From assembly GCA_030390025.1 (NCBI GenBank), contig CM059432.1:63490001-63554000 (forward strand): a stretch of DNA of 64,000 nt, given 5' to 3'. Each line of letters begins with the position of its first letter. The stretch's first letter is position 1. The notes beneath the pieces are model-generated. The model did not search any database. It worked only from the letters and a program-made list of their open reading frames with translations, and was not told where the DNA came from. The DNA comes from Squalus acanthias. Taxonomy: Eukaryota. Position numbers and translations under genes: made by a program. Below are positions 24,910 through 39,382 of the stretch, one piece after another.

Positions 24910-25997
24910 AATGTCTGTCAGCAGATTTTGGAAATTCATTGCAGATCACATGAAAAGATGGGATGCAGGGGGATTCTGGGTAAGGGCAGGTTGTCTGTCT
25001 TGCAGTTCCTGAAATTGCCTATACACCAATGTAGTTTGGAATGTTGGGGAGTGTGGTGGCATGATTGGCTACATATGTTGCTGGTCACAGTAATATTTTA
25101 TGTTCAGCTTCTGCACCCTACATGCTTTAATATCCAGGTTCACCCTTATGGCCGCTGACTGGATTCAATGACCAAGGTGTAGAGTAAGAAAGAAGAGTAG
25201 GAGGTAACCCTGTCTGGTGTGAGGCTAATATAGGAATAGGGGATTAGAATCCATCTCCTGAACATAGCCTCAAAGGCCATTCACTTCAACTAGGAGAGTA
25301 TGGAGTTCCACTCTACCCAGTTCATTCCTTTTAAATGTTTACTTATGAAAAGACCAACTGCAGAACACACAAAAAAAGTGTTTTAATTATAAAAGTGACG
25401 TGTCAGTAAAAATCTAACGTCTATGGTTTCCTTACATCGCTATTTCAAAATGAGATTGCATTTAGAAGCCTTTAGCAATTTAAGGCAGCATGAATCACTT
25501 CAGCACTGACGACTTTTCTTTTCACACGTCATTTATGACCAAGAGGGAGTAACAGTTCTGCATTTGCCAGTTTTAAAAGGTTGCCAGAGTTGAGGAAATA
25601 TTGTACTGGTGCCATCACTGATTAGTTTGGTGGTCAGGATCCTGCAGCTGATAGTGATTCAGCAGATGACGAAACTTCTTCCGTGACATTACTTGACTCG
25701 AGCCTGAGCTGATGGTTTCCTGTACGTAAAATTACACATTCTGCTTAAAGCTGTGGCTGCTGGCACCACTTGAATGGGACATTGGTTCCTGAATATTCGT
25801 TACTGGAAATGTGTTAAACATTTCTTTCTTGGTGAATTTTGTGCTCATCAAACTAAACATTTCTGGTTGAATTGTGATACCAATACATTATTCCCTGGAC
25901 TCTGGCCAATCTTTTAAAACTGGTGAATGCAGAAAAGTTTGAATTTATTCATAATAAAATAAGCAAAGACCTGTAGCAAAATTAAAGGTAAAAAGGA

Positions 25998-27528
25998 TCT
26001 ATCCTTGGCCCCCTCCTATTTCTCATCTACATGCTACCCCTCGGCGACATTATCTGAAAACACAATGTCAGGTTCCAGGTGTATGTTGACGACATCCAAA
26101 TCTCTGATTTGTCACGCTGCTTGTCGGACATCCAGTCCTGGATGAGCAGAAATGTCCTTCAACTAAATATTGGGAAGACCAAAGCTGTTGTCTTCAATCC
26201 ACGCCACAAACTCCGTTCCCTAGCCATCGTCTCCATCCCTCTCCCTGGTCACTGTCTGAGGCTGAACCAGATTGTTCGTAATCTTGGTGTCCTATTTGCA
26301 TAGAAACATAGAAACATAGAAAAATAGGAGCAGGAGTAGGCCATTCAGCCCTTCGAGCCTGCTCCGCCATTCAATATGATCATGGCTGATCCTCTATCAA
26401 TACCATATTCCCGCTCTCTCCCCATACCCCTTGATGCCTTTTGTGTCTAGAAATCTATCTATCTCCTTCTTAAATAGATTCAGTAACTTGGCCTTCACAG
26501 TCTTCTGTGGTAGAGAATGCCACAGGTTCACCACCCTCTAAGTGAAGAAATTTCTCCTCCTCTCAGTCCTAAATGTCCTACCCCGTATCCTGAGACTGTG
26601 ATCCCTCGTTCTAGACCCCCCAGCCAGGGAAAACATCCTCCCTGCATCCAGTCTGTCTAGCCCTGTTCAATGAGATCCCCTCTCATTCTTCTAAACTCTA
26701 GTGAATACAGGCCTAGTCAACCCAATCTCTCCTCATACGACAGTCCTGCCATCCCAGGAATCAGTCTGGTGAACCTTCGCTGCACTCCCTCTATGGCAAG
26801 TATATCCTTTCTTAGGTAAGGAGACCAAAACTGCACACAGTACTCCAGGTGTGCGGAATTGAGCTGAACTAACGACCCTATATCTGGTTCATCACCAAGA
26901 CCACCTACTTCTATCTCCATAACATCGCCTGTCTCTGCCCCTGCCTCAGCCCATCTGCTACTGAAACCCTCATCAGTGCCTTTGATACCTCTAGACTTCA
27001 CTATTCTAATGCTCTCCTGCCTGGCCTCCTATCTTTCACCCTCCATAAATTTGAACTCATCCAAAACTCGGCTGCCCATGTCCTAACTTGCACCAAGGCC
27101 CGTTCACCCATCACCCTGTGCTCGCTGACCTACAGTGGCTCCCAGTCGAGCAATGCCTCAATTTAAAAATGATCACCCTTCTTTTCAAATCCCGCCAGGG
27201 CCTCGCCCCTCCCTATCTCTGTGATCTCCTCCAACCCTCCGAGATATCTGCGCTTCTCCAATTCTGGCCTCCTGCGCACCCCTGATTTTAATCGCTCCAC
27301 CATTGCCGGCTGTGGCTTCAGTTGCCTGAGCCCTAAGCTCTAGAATTTCCTCCCAAAGCCTCTCCTGCTTTAAGGCACTCCTTAAAACCTACCTCTTTGA
27401 CCAAGTTTTTGGTCACCTGCCCTAATATCTCCTTATGTGCTCTGTGTCAAATTTTGTTTGATAATGCTCCTGTGAAGCGCCTTGGGACATTTTACTCCGT
27501 TAAAATGCAAGTTGTTGTTGTTGTTGTT
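25998..27528 (+). mobile_element. L2-clade LINE 3' part, interrupted by a CR1 fragment
   Basis: Reads GPLLFLIYMLPLG, YVDDIQ, LQLNIGKT and LADLQWLPV; tail ...GCGCCTTGGGACATTT...(GTT)n. Confidence 0.85.
26299..26853 (-). mobile_element. CR1 3' fragment inserted in L2
   Basis: (CATAGAAA)n tail; [16 protein letters not shown] on the minus strand. Confidence 0.9.
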
Positions 27529-28591
27529 AATGTTTGGGAAATGGAACACTTTCCAGGTGTCAGCATCAGGCATTAGTGCAAAACATTCCCAGCCAGCTAT
27601 AACAGATTTAGAACAAAGTAAAGCTGCCTCTAATGTGCCTCAACAAAGTGCCTCAGCCCTACTTGAATCAGTATGCCATTTCTGTTCTACAATCCAGCCA
27701 TTTCCGAATGTAATTCTCAGGCCAGTGCCACTAGGAACTAGATTGAGACTGTCCAAACTAATTTTACATAGGACTCTTTCAGCAGCAGATAGAAGAAAGT
27801 TTCACTCATTGATTAGGCTGAATTATGATCCTGTGATGTAAGTTAAATCCTATTGAGATAACTTTATAAAATCGCAATCTCGACACAGAGTCTCACCCAA
27901 TGGGAATGCATATGGGGAATCGGGCAAGTGCTCCCCATGATTTTCCAACCATAATGGATGGAAAGTTGTGGGGCGTGCACACTCAAATTCCCAATATGCG
28001 AGGTGAGGTTCTTTTCTGAAGGCATGATTTCATTAAAGTGCCTTAAATATTATTTAGTGCCATACAGTTCACTTGTGGGTTCTTTTTCAGCATGCTGCTG
28101 TGCTTTCTCAGTCAAATAGCTCTATCCAGAATTGATATTTTTCAGCGTGATTCCTGTTTCTCTCTTTTCTCCCAAGGGTGTTGAGCCATGCTGTGTTATG
28201 GATCCACAAGTGCTGACAGCCCTCCGTTACCTCACTCGTGTAGCCATTTTTCATGGTGAGGCTCGACACTGAAGGGTTCAGTTTCTGAGTGCGTGATGAT
28301 ATAAAAGCGAGCCCTGGGAGCAGGTAGGTTTACCAATCTCAGAGCGGGAGACAGAAGTAAAAAGTAATCGAAGTGTGATGTCACCAGAAAGCAGGTAAGT
28401 GATTGGTTGGTGAGTATTTCTCACTTTCTCCTTTTTTCCATACTTAAATTCTGTGGTTTATAGTTTCTAGAGTCTCTGTGGTGTAGCGGGGACTGCTGTT
28501 AAACAAGGGCCCTTGAGTATATCATTTAATTGAAGTGAAATTGGTGGGATCCATTTAATTTAATTTTAATTAATTAACTAAAGGGTAAGTC

Positions 28592-29542
28592 ATGGCAGGA
28601 GAGCTCCGCTCCGTGATATGCTCCTCCTGCTATATGTGGGAAATCAGGGTCGCTTCCTGTGTCCCTGACGACCATGTGTGTGGGAAGTGTATCCAGCTGC
28701 AGCTACTGATAGACCGCATTGCGGCGCTGGAGCTGCGGATGGATGCATATTGGAGCATTCGCGACGCTGAGAACGTCGTGGATAGCATGTTTAGCGAGTT
28801 GGTCACACCGCAGGTAAAGGGTGTACAGGCAGGAAGTGAATGGGTGACCACCACGCAGAGTAAGAGGTGCAGGCAGGTAGTGCAGGGGTCCCCTGTGGCC
28901 ATCCCCCTCTCAAACAGATATACCACTTTGGATACTGTTGGGGGGGATGACTTATCAGGGGAAGGCAGCAGCAGCCAACTTCCTGGCACCATGGGTGGCT
29001 CTGCTGCACAGGCTGGGAGGAAAAAGTGTGGAAGAGCTATAGTGATAGGGGACTCAATTGTAAGGGGAATAGATAGGCATTTCTGCGGCCGCAAACGAGA
29101 CTCCAGGATGGTGTGTTGCCTCCCTGGTGCAAGGGTCAAGGACGTCTCGGAGCGGCTACAGAACATTTTGGAGGGTGAGGGCGAACAGCCAGTTGTCGTG
29201 GTGCACATTGGCATCAACGATATAGGTAAAAAATGGGATGAGGTCCTAAAAGCTGAATATAGGAAGTTAGGAGGTAAATTAAAAAATAGGACCTCGAAGG
29301 TAGTAATCTCAGGATTGCTACCCATGCCACGTGCTAGTCAGAGTAGAAATAGGAGGATATTTCAAATGAATACGTGGCTAGAGGAATGGTGCAAGGGGGA
29401 GGGATTCAAATTCCTGGGACATTGGAACCGGTTCTAGGGGAGGTGGGACCAGTACAAACGGGACGGTCTGCACCTGGGCAGGGCCGGGACCGATGTCCTA
29501 GGGGGAGTGTTTGCTAGTGCTGTTGGGGAGGGTTTAAACTAA
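28592..29542 (+). pseudogene. CR1 ORF1: N-terminal Cys zinc finger/coiled coil plus SGNH/GDSL esterase; premature TAG at 29435-29437
   Basis: CSSC..CGKC, IGDSIVRG, HIGIND and DGLH. The second copy has W at the stop position. Confidence 0.88.
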
Positions 29543-29543
29543 A

Positions 29544-32522
29544 GTGGCAGGAGGTTGGGAACCTGAGCAGGGAGACAGAGGAAAGGGAAACAAGGATAAA
29601 AGAAAAAGACAGGAGAAAAACAAAAATAGAAGGCAAAGAACTCAACGGTTTAAATCAAACATGGTCACAGTAAATAATAATTCATATAGGTCTGAGAGCG
29701 TTAAAAAAAAAAGCCTGAAGGCTTTGTGTCTTAATGCAAGGAGCATTCGGAACAAGGTGGATGAATTAGCTGCACAAATAGAGGTAAATGAATACGATTT
29801 GATTGGGATTACAGAAACATGGCTCCAGGGTGGCCAAGGCTGGGAACTCAACATCCAGGGTTATTCAATATTCAGGAAAGATAGGCAAAAAAGAAAGGGA
29901 GGTGGGGTAGCATTGCTGGTTAAAGAGGGGATTAGCACAATTGAAAGGAAGGATATTAGCTCTGATGATGTAGAATCTGTATGGGTAGAACTGAAAAATA
30001 ACAAGGGGCAGAAAACGTTAGTGGGAGTGGTATACAGACCTCCAAACAGTAATACGGAGGTTGGGGATGGCATTAAAAGGGAAATTAGAGAAGCATGCAG
30101 TAAGGGCACAGCAGTCATCATGGGTGACTTTAATTTACATATAGATTGGGCTAACTAAATTAGTAAAAATACTGTGGAGGAGGAATTCCTAGAATGTCTA
30201 CGGGATGGTTTTCTGGAACAATATGTCGAGGAACCAACCAGAGATCAGGCCATCTTAGACTGGGTATTATGTAAGGAGAAAGGATTAATTAGCAATCTTG
30301 TTGTATGAGGCCCCTTGGGTCAGAGTGATCATAATATGATAGAATTCTTCATTAGGATGGAGAGTGAAGTAATTGAATCAGAGACTAAGGTCCTGAATTT
30401 AAATAAAGGAAACTACGATGGTATGAGGCACAAATTGGGTAGGATTGATTGGGGAATGCCACTCAAAGGGTTGACGGTGGATAGGCAATGGGAAACATTC
30501 AAAGACTGCATGGATGAACTACAGAATTTGTTCATCCCAGTGTGGCATAAGAATAAAACAAAAAGGGTGACTCAACCGTGGCTAACAAGGGAAATTAGGG
30601 ATAGCATAAGATCCAAGGAGAGGGCATATAAATTGGCCAGAAAAAGCGGTAACCCTGAGGATTGGGAGCAGTTTAGGATTCAACAAAGGAGGACAAAGGG
30701 ATTAATTAAGAAGGGGAAAATAGAATATGAAAGTAAGCTTTCAGGGAACATAAAAACTGACTGTAATCGCTTTTATAGATATGTGAAGAGAAAAAGAGTA
30801 GTGAAATCAAGTGTAGGTCCCTTGCAGTCAGAAGCGGGGCAAGTTATAATGGGGAACAAAGAAATGGCAGACCAATTAAATGCATACTTTGGTTTTGTCT
30901 TCACAAAGGAGGACACAAATAACCTCCCAGAGATGTTGGAGAACATAGGGTCTGATGAAAGGGAGGAACTGAAAGAAATCAGTATTTTCAGGGAAATGGT
31001 GTTAGGGAAATTGACGGGATTGAAGGCCGATAAATCCCCAGGGCCTGATAATCTACATGCTAGGGTACTTAAGGAAGTGGCCCTAGAAATAGTAGATGCA
31101 TGGCTGATCATCTTCCAACATTCGATGGAATCTGGAACAGTACCCATGGATTGGTGGGTAGCTAATGTTACCCCACTATTCAAAAAGGGTGGGAGAGAGA
31201 AAGCGGGGAATTACAGACTGGTAAGACTGACATCGATAGTGGGGAAAATGCTAAAGTCCATTATAAAGGATGTAATAGCTGAGCACTTGAAAAACAGTGA
31301 CAGGATCGGACAAAGTCAACATGGATTTACAAAAGGTAAATCATGCTTGACTAATCTACTGAAATTTTTTGAGGATGTAACTGGGAAAATAGATAAGGGA
31401 GAACCAGTAGATGTGGTGTATTTGGACTTTCAAAAGGCTTTCGATAAGGTCTCGCATAAGAGATTAGCGTGTAAAGTTAAGGCACATGGGATTGGGGGCA
31501 AGGTATTGACTTGGATAGAGAACTGGTTGGTGGACAGAAAGCAGAGAGTAGGAATTAATGGATCTTTTTCCGAGTGGCAGGCAGTGACTAATGGGGTACC
31601 GCAGGGATCGGTCCTTGGACCCCAGCTATTCACAATATACATTAATGATCTCGATAAGGGAACTAAATGTAATATCTCCAAGTTTGCAGATGACACAAAG
31701 CTGGGTGGGCGTGTGTGCTGCGAGGAGGATACTGAGAAACTCCAGGATGATTTGGACAGGTTGGGTGAGTGGGCAGAAGCGTGGCAGATGCAATATAACG
31801 TGGATAAATGCGAGGTTATCCACTTTGGTGTCAAAAACAGAAAGGCAGACTATTATCTGAATGGCAATAGATTGGGAGAAGGGGAAGTGCAACGAGACCT
31901 GGGTGTCCTTGTGCACCAGTCACTGAAGGTAAGCATGCAGGTGCAGCAGGCGGTGAAGAAGGCAAATGGTATGTTGGCCTTCATAGCGAAAGGGTTTGAG
32001 TGTAGGAACAGGGATGTCCTGCTGCACTTGTACAGGCCCTTGGTGAGACCACACCTTGAGTACTGTGTGCAGTTTTGGTCGCCTTATCTGAGGAAGGATG
32101 TTCTTGCCATGGAAGGAGTTCAGCGAAGATTCACAAGGCTGATACCTGGGATGGCAGGAATGACATATGAGGAGAGATTGGGCCGATTGGGCTTATACTC
32201 GCTGGAGTATAGAAGAATGAGAGGGGATCTCATCGAAACATATAAAATTCTGACAGGTCTGGACAAACTAGATGCAGGAAGAATGTTCCTGATGGTCGGA
32301 GAGTCCAGAACCAGGGGTCATAATCTAAGGATAAGGAGTAAGCCATTTAGGACAGAAATGAGGAAGAATTTCTTCACCCAGAGAGTGGTGAACCTGTGGA
32401 ATTCTCTACCACAGAAGGTAGTTGAGGCCAAGTCATTAAATATATTCAAGAATGAGTTAGATATATTTCTTAAATCTAAAGGTATCAAGGGATATGGGGA
32501 GAAGGCAGGTACAGGGTACTGA
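29544..32522 (+). pseudogene. CR1 ORF2 (APE plus RT): single frame with two nonsense codons (30156-30158, 30306-30308)
   Basis: ORFs 29544..30158 and 30315..32522 are in the same frame; motifs LNARS, ITETW, GDFN, SDHN, QHGF and FADD. Confidence 0.92.
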
Positions 32523-34036
32523 GTTTGGATGATCAGCCATGATCTCATCGAATGGCGGAGCAGGCTCGAGGGGCTGAATGGCCTACTCCTGCTCCTATCT
32601 TCTATGTTTCTATGTTTCTATGATGGTTGGAAATTTTGCCTACCACCAGCGCATATCAGAAAACCGTGGCAACGTGCTCACGATTTAAATATGATGTACA
32701 GTGCTTACTGACAAAGTTCCTTACCGATGGCGCATACTCAGAAGACCCCCCTTGAGTGTCAGTAGGCTATCTGGTCATGGTGGACATCACAGCCAAGCCC
32801 AGTTTTCTTCTTAGTCAATGTCTATGCACATAGTCATATCAGCAGGTCAGATTTTTCTCCTCCTTAGCCTAGGATGATAAGGCCAATTTTAGTAACTCCA
32901 TCACCAGGCCATTGACTAATAAACCACAGGCCAGGGCTCAAACCTGGATCTTTCTGGTCTGTATGGTTCAGCACCACATCACATGGTCAAACTAGTCAAT
33001 GAGTCATCAGAGGAGCTCCTGGGGGTTGATTTTGAATCAGCACCAGCTTTGTCATTCCTACAATATTGCCGGGAAGGGGATGACAGAGATCTGATTGGCT
33101 ATTTATGCTAATACAAGGAATGTCAACCAGTTCATTTCAAATCGGTCACCAATGTGATCTAATTCACAAACAACAGCATTGCTATATTTGTGAAGGATGG
33201 AAAATTAACCCTAAATGAATAATCCAAAGATCCTCTGCTGCATCTAATTCTCACTTGTTAACTGCTTCCCAACAACCCCCACTGCTGTCCATGGATAATT
33301 TACAATTGTGTGTGCTTTTCATTGACAGGGAAAGTCGACTTTAGTGTTATCACACAACAGCTTTGCGAGTATAATGTTAGCTATATGTTTTTTTCTAAAA
33401 TGTGTCAGTATTTTCAGAATGGTAAATGCTACCACTTCCAATGATTCTCTGGAACTAGACAATGTAAGGCGCATTTACACTGGTATAAATACTAATCTCA
33501 CATGACTTTGATTTCTGCTGTTTTAAAAGCTGTGTAATGCAGCATAAACTGTTAAGGGACTCAGTGTTGGCAGAAACCCCCTACACAGCCTTTGTCTTCA
33601 GGTTTCGTTGAAACAAACAGATGATAGTGGGAAATGAAGCATTACCCACAGCACAAATGTCATGATAACGCTACAAGAAAATCTTATGTAAGCAAGTGAT
33701 GTAAGTATGAATTAAATCTTAGGGAATTCTACAATTTTTAAAACGTCTGAGTCTGATCCTCTCATCACCAACGTGTATATTTTCCTTTGTTGGCTAGTGA
33801 GAAAAAAAAATGTGTGTGTGTAGAAAACATGTTTTCCTTCTTCATACTTGCACTGACTTGTACCCACATATGTCCACGTGCAAACATATTCCAGCAGAGG
33901 GCACTGGTTGGAGATCAGGAACAGGAACCACAGCCATTTTTCCCTTTCGTAACCCAGGGGTGCTGATCCCCTTACTGTAGCTCCCCTGTTACCACCTTAG
34001 ACAGGCAAGTTAACTCAGAAAAGTACACTGATTGAA

Positions 34037-34310
34037 TCATAGAATGAGACAGCACAGAAGGAGGCTATTTGACCCATCGTGCCTGTGCCAGCTCTTTGAA
34101 AGAGCGATCCAATTTGTCCCACTCCTCTGCTCTTTCCCATAGCACTGCAAATTTTCCCCCTTAAAGTATTTATCCAATTCTTTTTTGAAAGTTATTATTG
34201 AATCTGTCTCCATCACCCTTTCAGGCAGTACATAACAACTCGCTGTGTACATTTTTTTTTTCCTCATGTCGCCTCTGGTTCTTTTGCCAGTTACTTTAAA
34301 TCTGCGTTAC
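34037..34310 (-). mobile_element. CR1 3' UTR fragment
   Basis: The minus strand reads LPERVMETDSIITFKKELDKY; CATAGAAT-type tail. Confidence 0.7.
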
Positions 34311-35808
34311 CAACCCTTCTGGGACCTGGGACTTTCCTGGAGTGTCTGGTGCAATTATACATTGGGGAGAGAATTTACCACGTTTATGACTTTAAAGGCA
34401 CAAACTTAAAAAAGGCCACTTGCTATTCAAAAAACGTATCCACCCATAACATCTCAACACATCAGGATAAATTTAACCGATGGGAAATCATGGACAGTGG
34501 CTCTATGATTTCTCGATATGTGCTCCTGATGGGCGAGGCTCCAATCCCAGGATCATGCACTTTTAAAGTTTACCCTATATAGGCCTGGATTTTCCAGCGT
34601 ATTTGCACCCAGATTCATCGGAATGCAAGAAAATACGTTGCCGAAAAGATCACGTAATATTGGGCGTAAGCATGTTACGTGCATAAGCCCCTCACATATA
34701 AACGTTTTATTTATACCACTTGCCTGGAGGCGTAGGCTGTTAGATAATTAATTTTGTAACAAAACAGTTTCTGATTTACATCATTTATTCAAGTCAATGA
34801 ACATTACTCAACCTCCAAAATAACCCAGCTAATGCACTAAAAATAACTTGATTTCATCATTTATCTCAGTGTTAATCCAAATTGCCATCATTGTGACTTA
34901 TTAGGCATCGTAAATTGGCACTTTGGGAAGAAATTGGATGGGTGAGTTGTTCATCTCTGCATACTTGTCGGATCAATAGCATACTGTTTGTCTGTAAATC
35001 GTGTTTGCTCCTTGTCTAATGCCACAGTGTAGGGGTGGAGAAAGAAATGCTGAATTTGGCCTGTAACAGACTATCTTCCAGCAAACGAGTCTCATCAATG
35101 AGGTGGTGGGAGGATGGTTGTTTATTAGAGTTTGTCTGCTTTGTTCAAACATGATGTGAAAGTGATTTGCAATATAATTAAAAGGCTATTCTGCACCTTA
35201 CTGCTGTAGTTTTACACATCCTAATATCCCAATAAATAACATTCCAAGTATTCTGCACATAGGAATCTTATAAAAAAACAACTGGATCTTGAAATAGGGG
35301 GAACTCCAGGATCTCTCGAGCTGGATGAATCAAGTAATTGCCTTGTGATCTTATTGATGTCAAGTTACTCCAAATGCATTAGGATGTGAAGTAGGATACT
35401 TTTGAAATGATCTAAATAATGATGGCCTGGAATTTCTTGAAAACTTGCACCATAGTACTGTTAAAAAAATTAAACAAACACTCCTTTTGTTGGGGGATGT
35501 GGGTGCCGCTGAAGGATCCTGAGTGGGGCAGGCCCGATGCTTGCCCCGTTCATTGATAGCTAACTTTGTAAAGGGGTCCTTCAGCATGTGTTAGACCTAT
35601 CATTAACATATTAAAGGGGCCTAATGCCTGTTTTAAATGGGCTCCACAAACTTCACAGTGGGACCAAGTCCTGTGCAGATTGGACACAGGCCATCTCACT
35701 GCAAAATTGGTTTGCTTTGTGCCTGCTTTATGCCAGAACATGGGCACAATGCAGACCAATTTCTGCCCCTATTAATAATTGGTGACATATCCACCTTGAA
35801 TGTTCAAA

Positions 35809-37285
35809 GGGCTAAAAATTCGTGGGCTTTAGGCCATCCGTTACCATCAAAAAATGGCAAAAGAGGGCAGCCGCCGCTCTTTCGCCAGCTGGTGGCGGGT
35901 CCCGCGGCGTTCTCCATTTTCCCAGGCCCGGCAGCACTGCCGGGAAGATCCATTGCCCTGCAAAGTAAAATGAGGGAGTGGTGACGTCAGTCAGTGGGCA
36001 ACGCCAACTTAACGTCACCACGGCGAACTTGGACCTTTGCGCTGAGTTCAGTGCTGGGTCGTAAGCACGCCAGGTAAACCCAGTATTCAATCAGACTGAC
36101 TGAGACGTTGTCAGCACCTCTTAAAGGGACACACACATCTTTCAGGTAAGTTTGCATTTAAGCTTTTGGACTGGGTTTTTTGATTTTACTGAAGAAATGG
36201 CTTGCTGCAATCGATATTAAAAAATTTAAGTGTGTAAGGAGTGCTGCTGGACATGGATGGTAAAGGAAGGCCTCTGAGAAGACAGAAAATGCTGCAAATA
36301 TTCAGCAGGTCAGGCAACATCCATGGAGAGAGAAACAGAGTTCACTTCTCAGGTCAAGATGCTGCCTGACCTGCTGAGTATTTCCAGCATTTTATGTTGT
36401 CATTTCAGACTTACAGCATCCGCTCACAGAGGGAAGAGGAAGATGCAGAAGAGGAAGGTGCAGAAGAGGAAGGTGCAGAAGAGGAGGAAGCTGAAGGAAC
36501 GATGCAACCCAGACAGCCCCTTTCTGGCTGGTGTGGCAGGGGTAGTCATGCATTGAGCAGTGTGTGAGGCTAGTGGTGCAGTTGGTAGGAGACGGCTTTT
36601 GAAGGTGCATTCACTGACCTTGACCAGTGGTCTGAGGTCATGAAATTCTTTGGGCACTGGAGCCAGGTGGTGGGGGCAACACTGCTGGCAGTAACAGCCT
36701 CGGTGATGTGGTCCCACAACGTTCTTTCTGGAGGGCCTTCTGGCCCCTGTGGGTAGAGGACCTCTCTTGCAGTGTTGAGCTGGAGTTCTGCATGCGAGAC
36801 CCTAGGTGCCCCTTCCCTGGCTTGCTGAGCCATTTGTGTTAGTGCTGAAATACATTTCCCATTTTTTGAGGTTCGAAAGAGAATTCAGCTTTAAGTGCTG
36901 AGACTCCCATTTGGGACTTCTTTTTAATGTTAATATTTTTTAAAAGGCTGTAAGGGCTGAAAACTGCATTTTTTCACTTTATTTTATTTTTTTATTAGTT
37001 CTGAAGGCATTTCCCTTTTAATTACCCACAATTCTTGCGAACTCCATAGCCTCGCTCCCAGAGGCTGTTAGAAGCTGCAACACTGCTCCAGGACAGGAAC
37101 TTCGACTTCCATGCCTGCACTAATGCTGCCAGGAGAGTGTTACACAGTAAGTTAGCGCTGGACTAAAAATCTTTAGCCCCCAGTGTGAATTTTTCTCTGG
37201 TAGCGCTATGTCCATTTTCAGCGACCGTTAACTGGAGTTGCCGGTGACACTGGCAACTCTCGTGGCGGCCACGAATTTTTCCCCC
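35809..37285. mobile_element. Internally deleted Harbinger derivative, related to 41168-44658
   Basis: TIRs GGGCTAAAAATTCGTGG / CCACGAATTTTTCCCCC. The Myb exon-1 remnant on minus reads MAQQAREGAPRVS..LWDHITEAVT..TWLQCPKNF. It shares CTTAAA.GGACACACACA..GGTAAGTTT with 41459-41490. Confidence 0.75.
36281..36422. repeat. Short imperfect palindromic repeat (probably a Penelope-type terminal fragment) nested in the Harbinger derivative
   Basis: AAAATGCTGCAAATATTCAGCAGGTCAGGCAACATC pairs with GATGCTGCCTGACCTGCTGAGTATTTCCAGCATTTT. Confidence 0.55.
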
Positions 37286-38006
37286 TTTGTGTCTACGCAC
37301 TTCCAAGATTGAATATATCTATGGCCACAACTTTAACTCTCGCCACCTGGCGTAAACCAGGCCTGGGGTGGGGGCGGGTGGGTGAGGGGTGGGGGGGCAG
37401 TGGTGCGGGGGGGGGGTGGGTGGTGGGGGTGGCAGTTAAAATGCAGCGGGGGGACTTACTCAATCTTTTCCTGCCCTGATCTGATAGACTGTAATTTTAA
37501 ATTGTAGGCAGCAAGGACACCCGGCCCAAGCCGGCAGAGTCCTCTTTAAATATTCAGGGGCAGATGATGTCATCTGGCCCCGATATGCGTTTTTTAACCT
37601 GAGGCCTGAGCGGGGGAGCAGCGGGGGCAGGTAAATAGATGCGCAAAGTCCCTACTGGACTTTAAACTGCTGGTCGCCCATTACACAGGCGAGAAACTGG
37701 CAGCGAACAGTTGAAAACCTCCCCCATCGACTTTGGCTCCAACACAGAATGAGGCAGTTCAATACAACAGAATCATCATCCACATTAATGAACCCAGTCA
37801 GCTTTCTGCTGCTGGAAGTCCAAAGAAATGCAACGAGTCTGATGCTTTAAAACATGTTACTTGCAGGCAGCCAAAGAACAGGCACAGCTGTCTCTGTTCT
37901 GACAGTTACATCAGCCTCTATACACAGGCCTTTCGATCAGCAATTTTTAAGCAAAATACAATATTAAAGGCCAATTGTGACCCACTGATTAGTGTACAGA
38001 CATCTC

Positions 38007-38763
38007 GGTGCAAAAATTCCGATCCCTACTGGTGTGTACGCACTGTGTACTCACCCGTAGGGACATCAGAAATGCTGGCTTTAGGCATGCACTGCGCATG
38101 CGCTGGAAACCGGCATTTCAGATCGGTCAAGAAAGCTCTTGACCGATCCTCCGGCTGCGCTGGAGCAGGGCCTCTGCGGGCGGAGAGTTCCGTTTTTGGG
38201 AGACCCTCTGCCCGCAGAAAACATTTACAATTCTTGCGCCTGGTAAAAGCAGGCCTGCTTTAACCAGGATAAGAGTTGAAAAAAAGTAAAAAAAAAAAAC
38301 ATTTCCACTGATTTATATTTATCATTTAAAAATACTTTAAAGAAAGGTAAGTTTATTTTTAGCCCCGTTAAAAACTTTAATTATTTTTTCAAAAAATAAA
38401 ATTTTTGTTTAAAGTACTTAATTTATTGTAATTTAAAGTCATTTTAAAAATGTGATTTAAAAAATAAATTATTTAAAGTTTTACTATGTTTTGGGGGTGA
38501 TCTCTATTCATATATTTGACAGGTCATCCTGTCAAATGTATGAAGGGAGATTCCCTTCTCTAATAGGCTCCCATGGCCCACGTGATCCCAGGGACGCTGC
38601 GAACCGCCTGCGCCTCTGGGATACATGGGCCCTGCGCACCCGCAGTTTGGAGAGGCCCAGCAACGGAACTCTGCACCTCCCGGGAGCCCTCAGGTCCAGG
38701 CGCAGATTTTTCCAGATCGCAGCCCTCCGCCCACAGGAGGCCTGCGATCGGAATATCTGGGCC
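38007..38763. mobile_element. Harbinger-type MITE (AT-rich-core family)
   Basis: TIRs GGTGCAAAAATTCCGATC / GATCGGAATATCTGGGCC; CTC TSD at 38004-38006 and 38764-38766; highly similar to 63501-64000. Confidence 0.85.
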
Positions 38764-39382
38764 CTCATATCTACATTAGGATTATGTCACAGTTCAGTAG
38801 AGAACACTGCTTTTGCTTAAATGTATGCTGCTGCATTTAGATTAAAGCCATTAAAATGACTAGAATATCATTACTAATAAAATCTGATCTGAAACAGCGT
38901 AGGCTGTAAGTGCGTTAGTGTTCTATTGGAACGTTTAGCATTGAGCCTCAATAAATTTATATAAATCTCCCCAATTCCGTTAAATTACAAATCCTGAATC
39001 CTTTATCTTCTCTCACCTGTTCTTTCTTTTACCTACTATCATTTCATTTTATTTCACGCTCTATTTCTTGCACCTTTTTACTGGATTGTAGCAGCTGCTG
39101 TGGTTAGGTCTCTGTGGAGAGCTAAAGCCCTCTGTCTATGATTAGGTCCTCTGGACCCATTAACTCTCAATATACAACTGAAGCCTGTCAGAAGTTACTG
39201 TGATGGCAACAGTGCGGAACAATATTGCAGTGTTATCCCCAGAAGGGCACAATGTAGACAATAGTTGCTGGGTAGCAGCAATTACAAGAAAATAATGTCG
39301 ATCTCAAACAGTTTGTTGCCATGTGAATCTTGAGATGAGATTACTTTCATTGCAATGAATCCTATCAAGCCACAGAACCCTG

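Larger units (their letters stand above)
28258..32622 (+). mobile_element. Full-length CR1 LINE (5' UTR, ORF1, ORF2, (TTTCTATG)n tail)
   Basis: Both ORFs are present and the tail lies at about 32600-32622. Possible TSD ATGGT at 28253-28257 and 32623-32627; the 5' boundary is approximate. Confidence 0.93.

Noticed and set aside
28630..31916. Long antisense ORFs over CR1 (and their mirror images at 60476-63644)
   Set aside because: Shadow frames of LINE coding sequence.
37365..37432. G-quadruplex-like tract
   Set aside because: Appears to lie within a probable small MITE-like repeat; no evidence of function.
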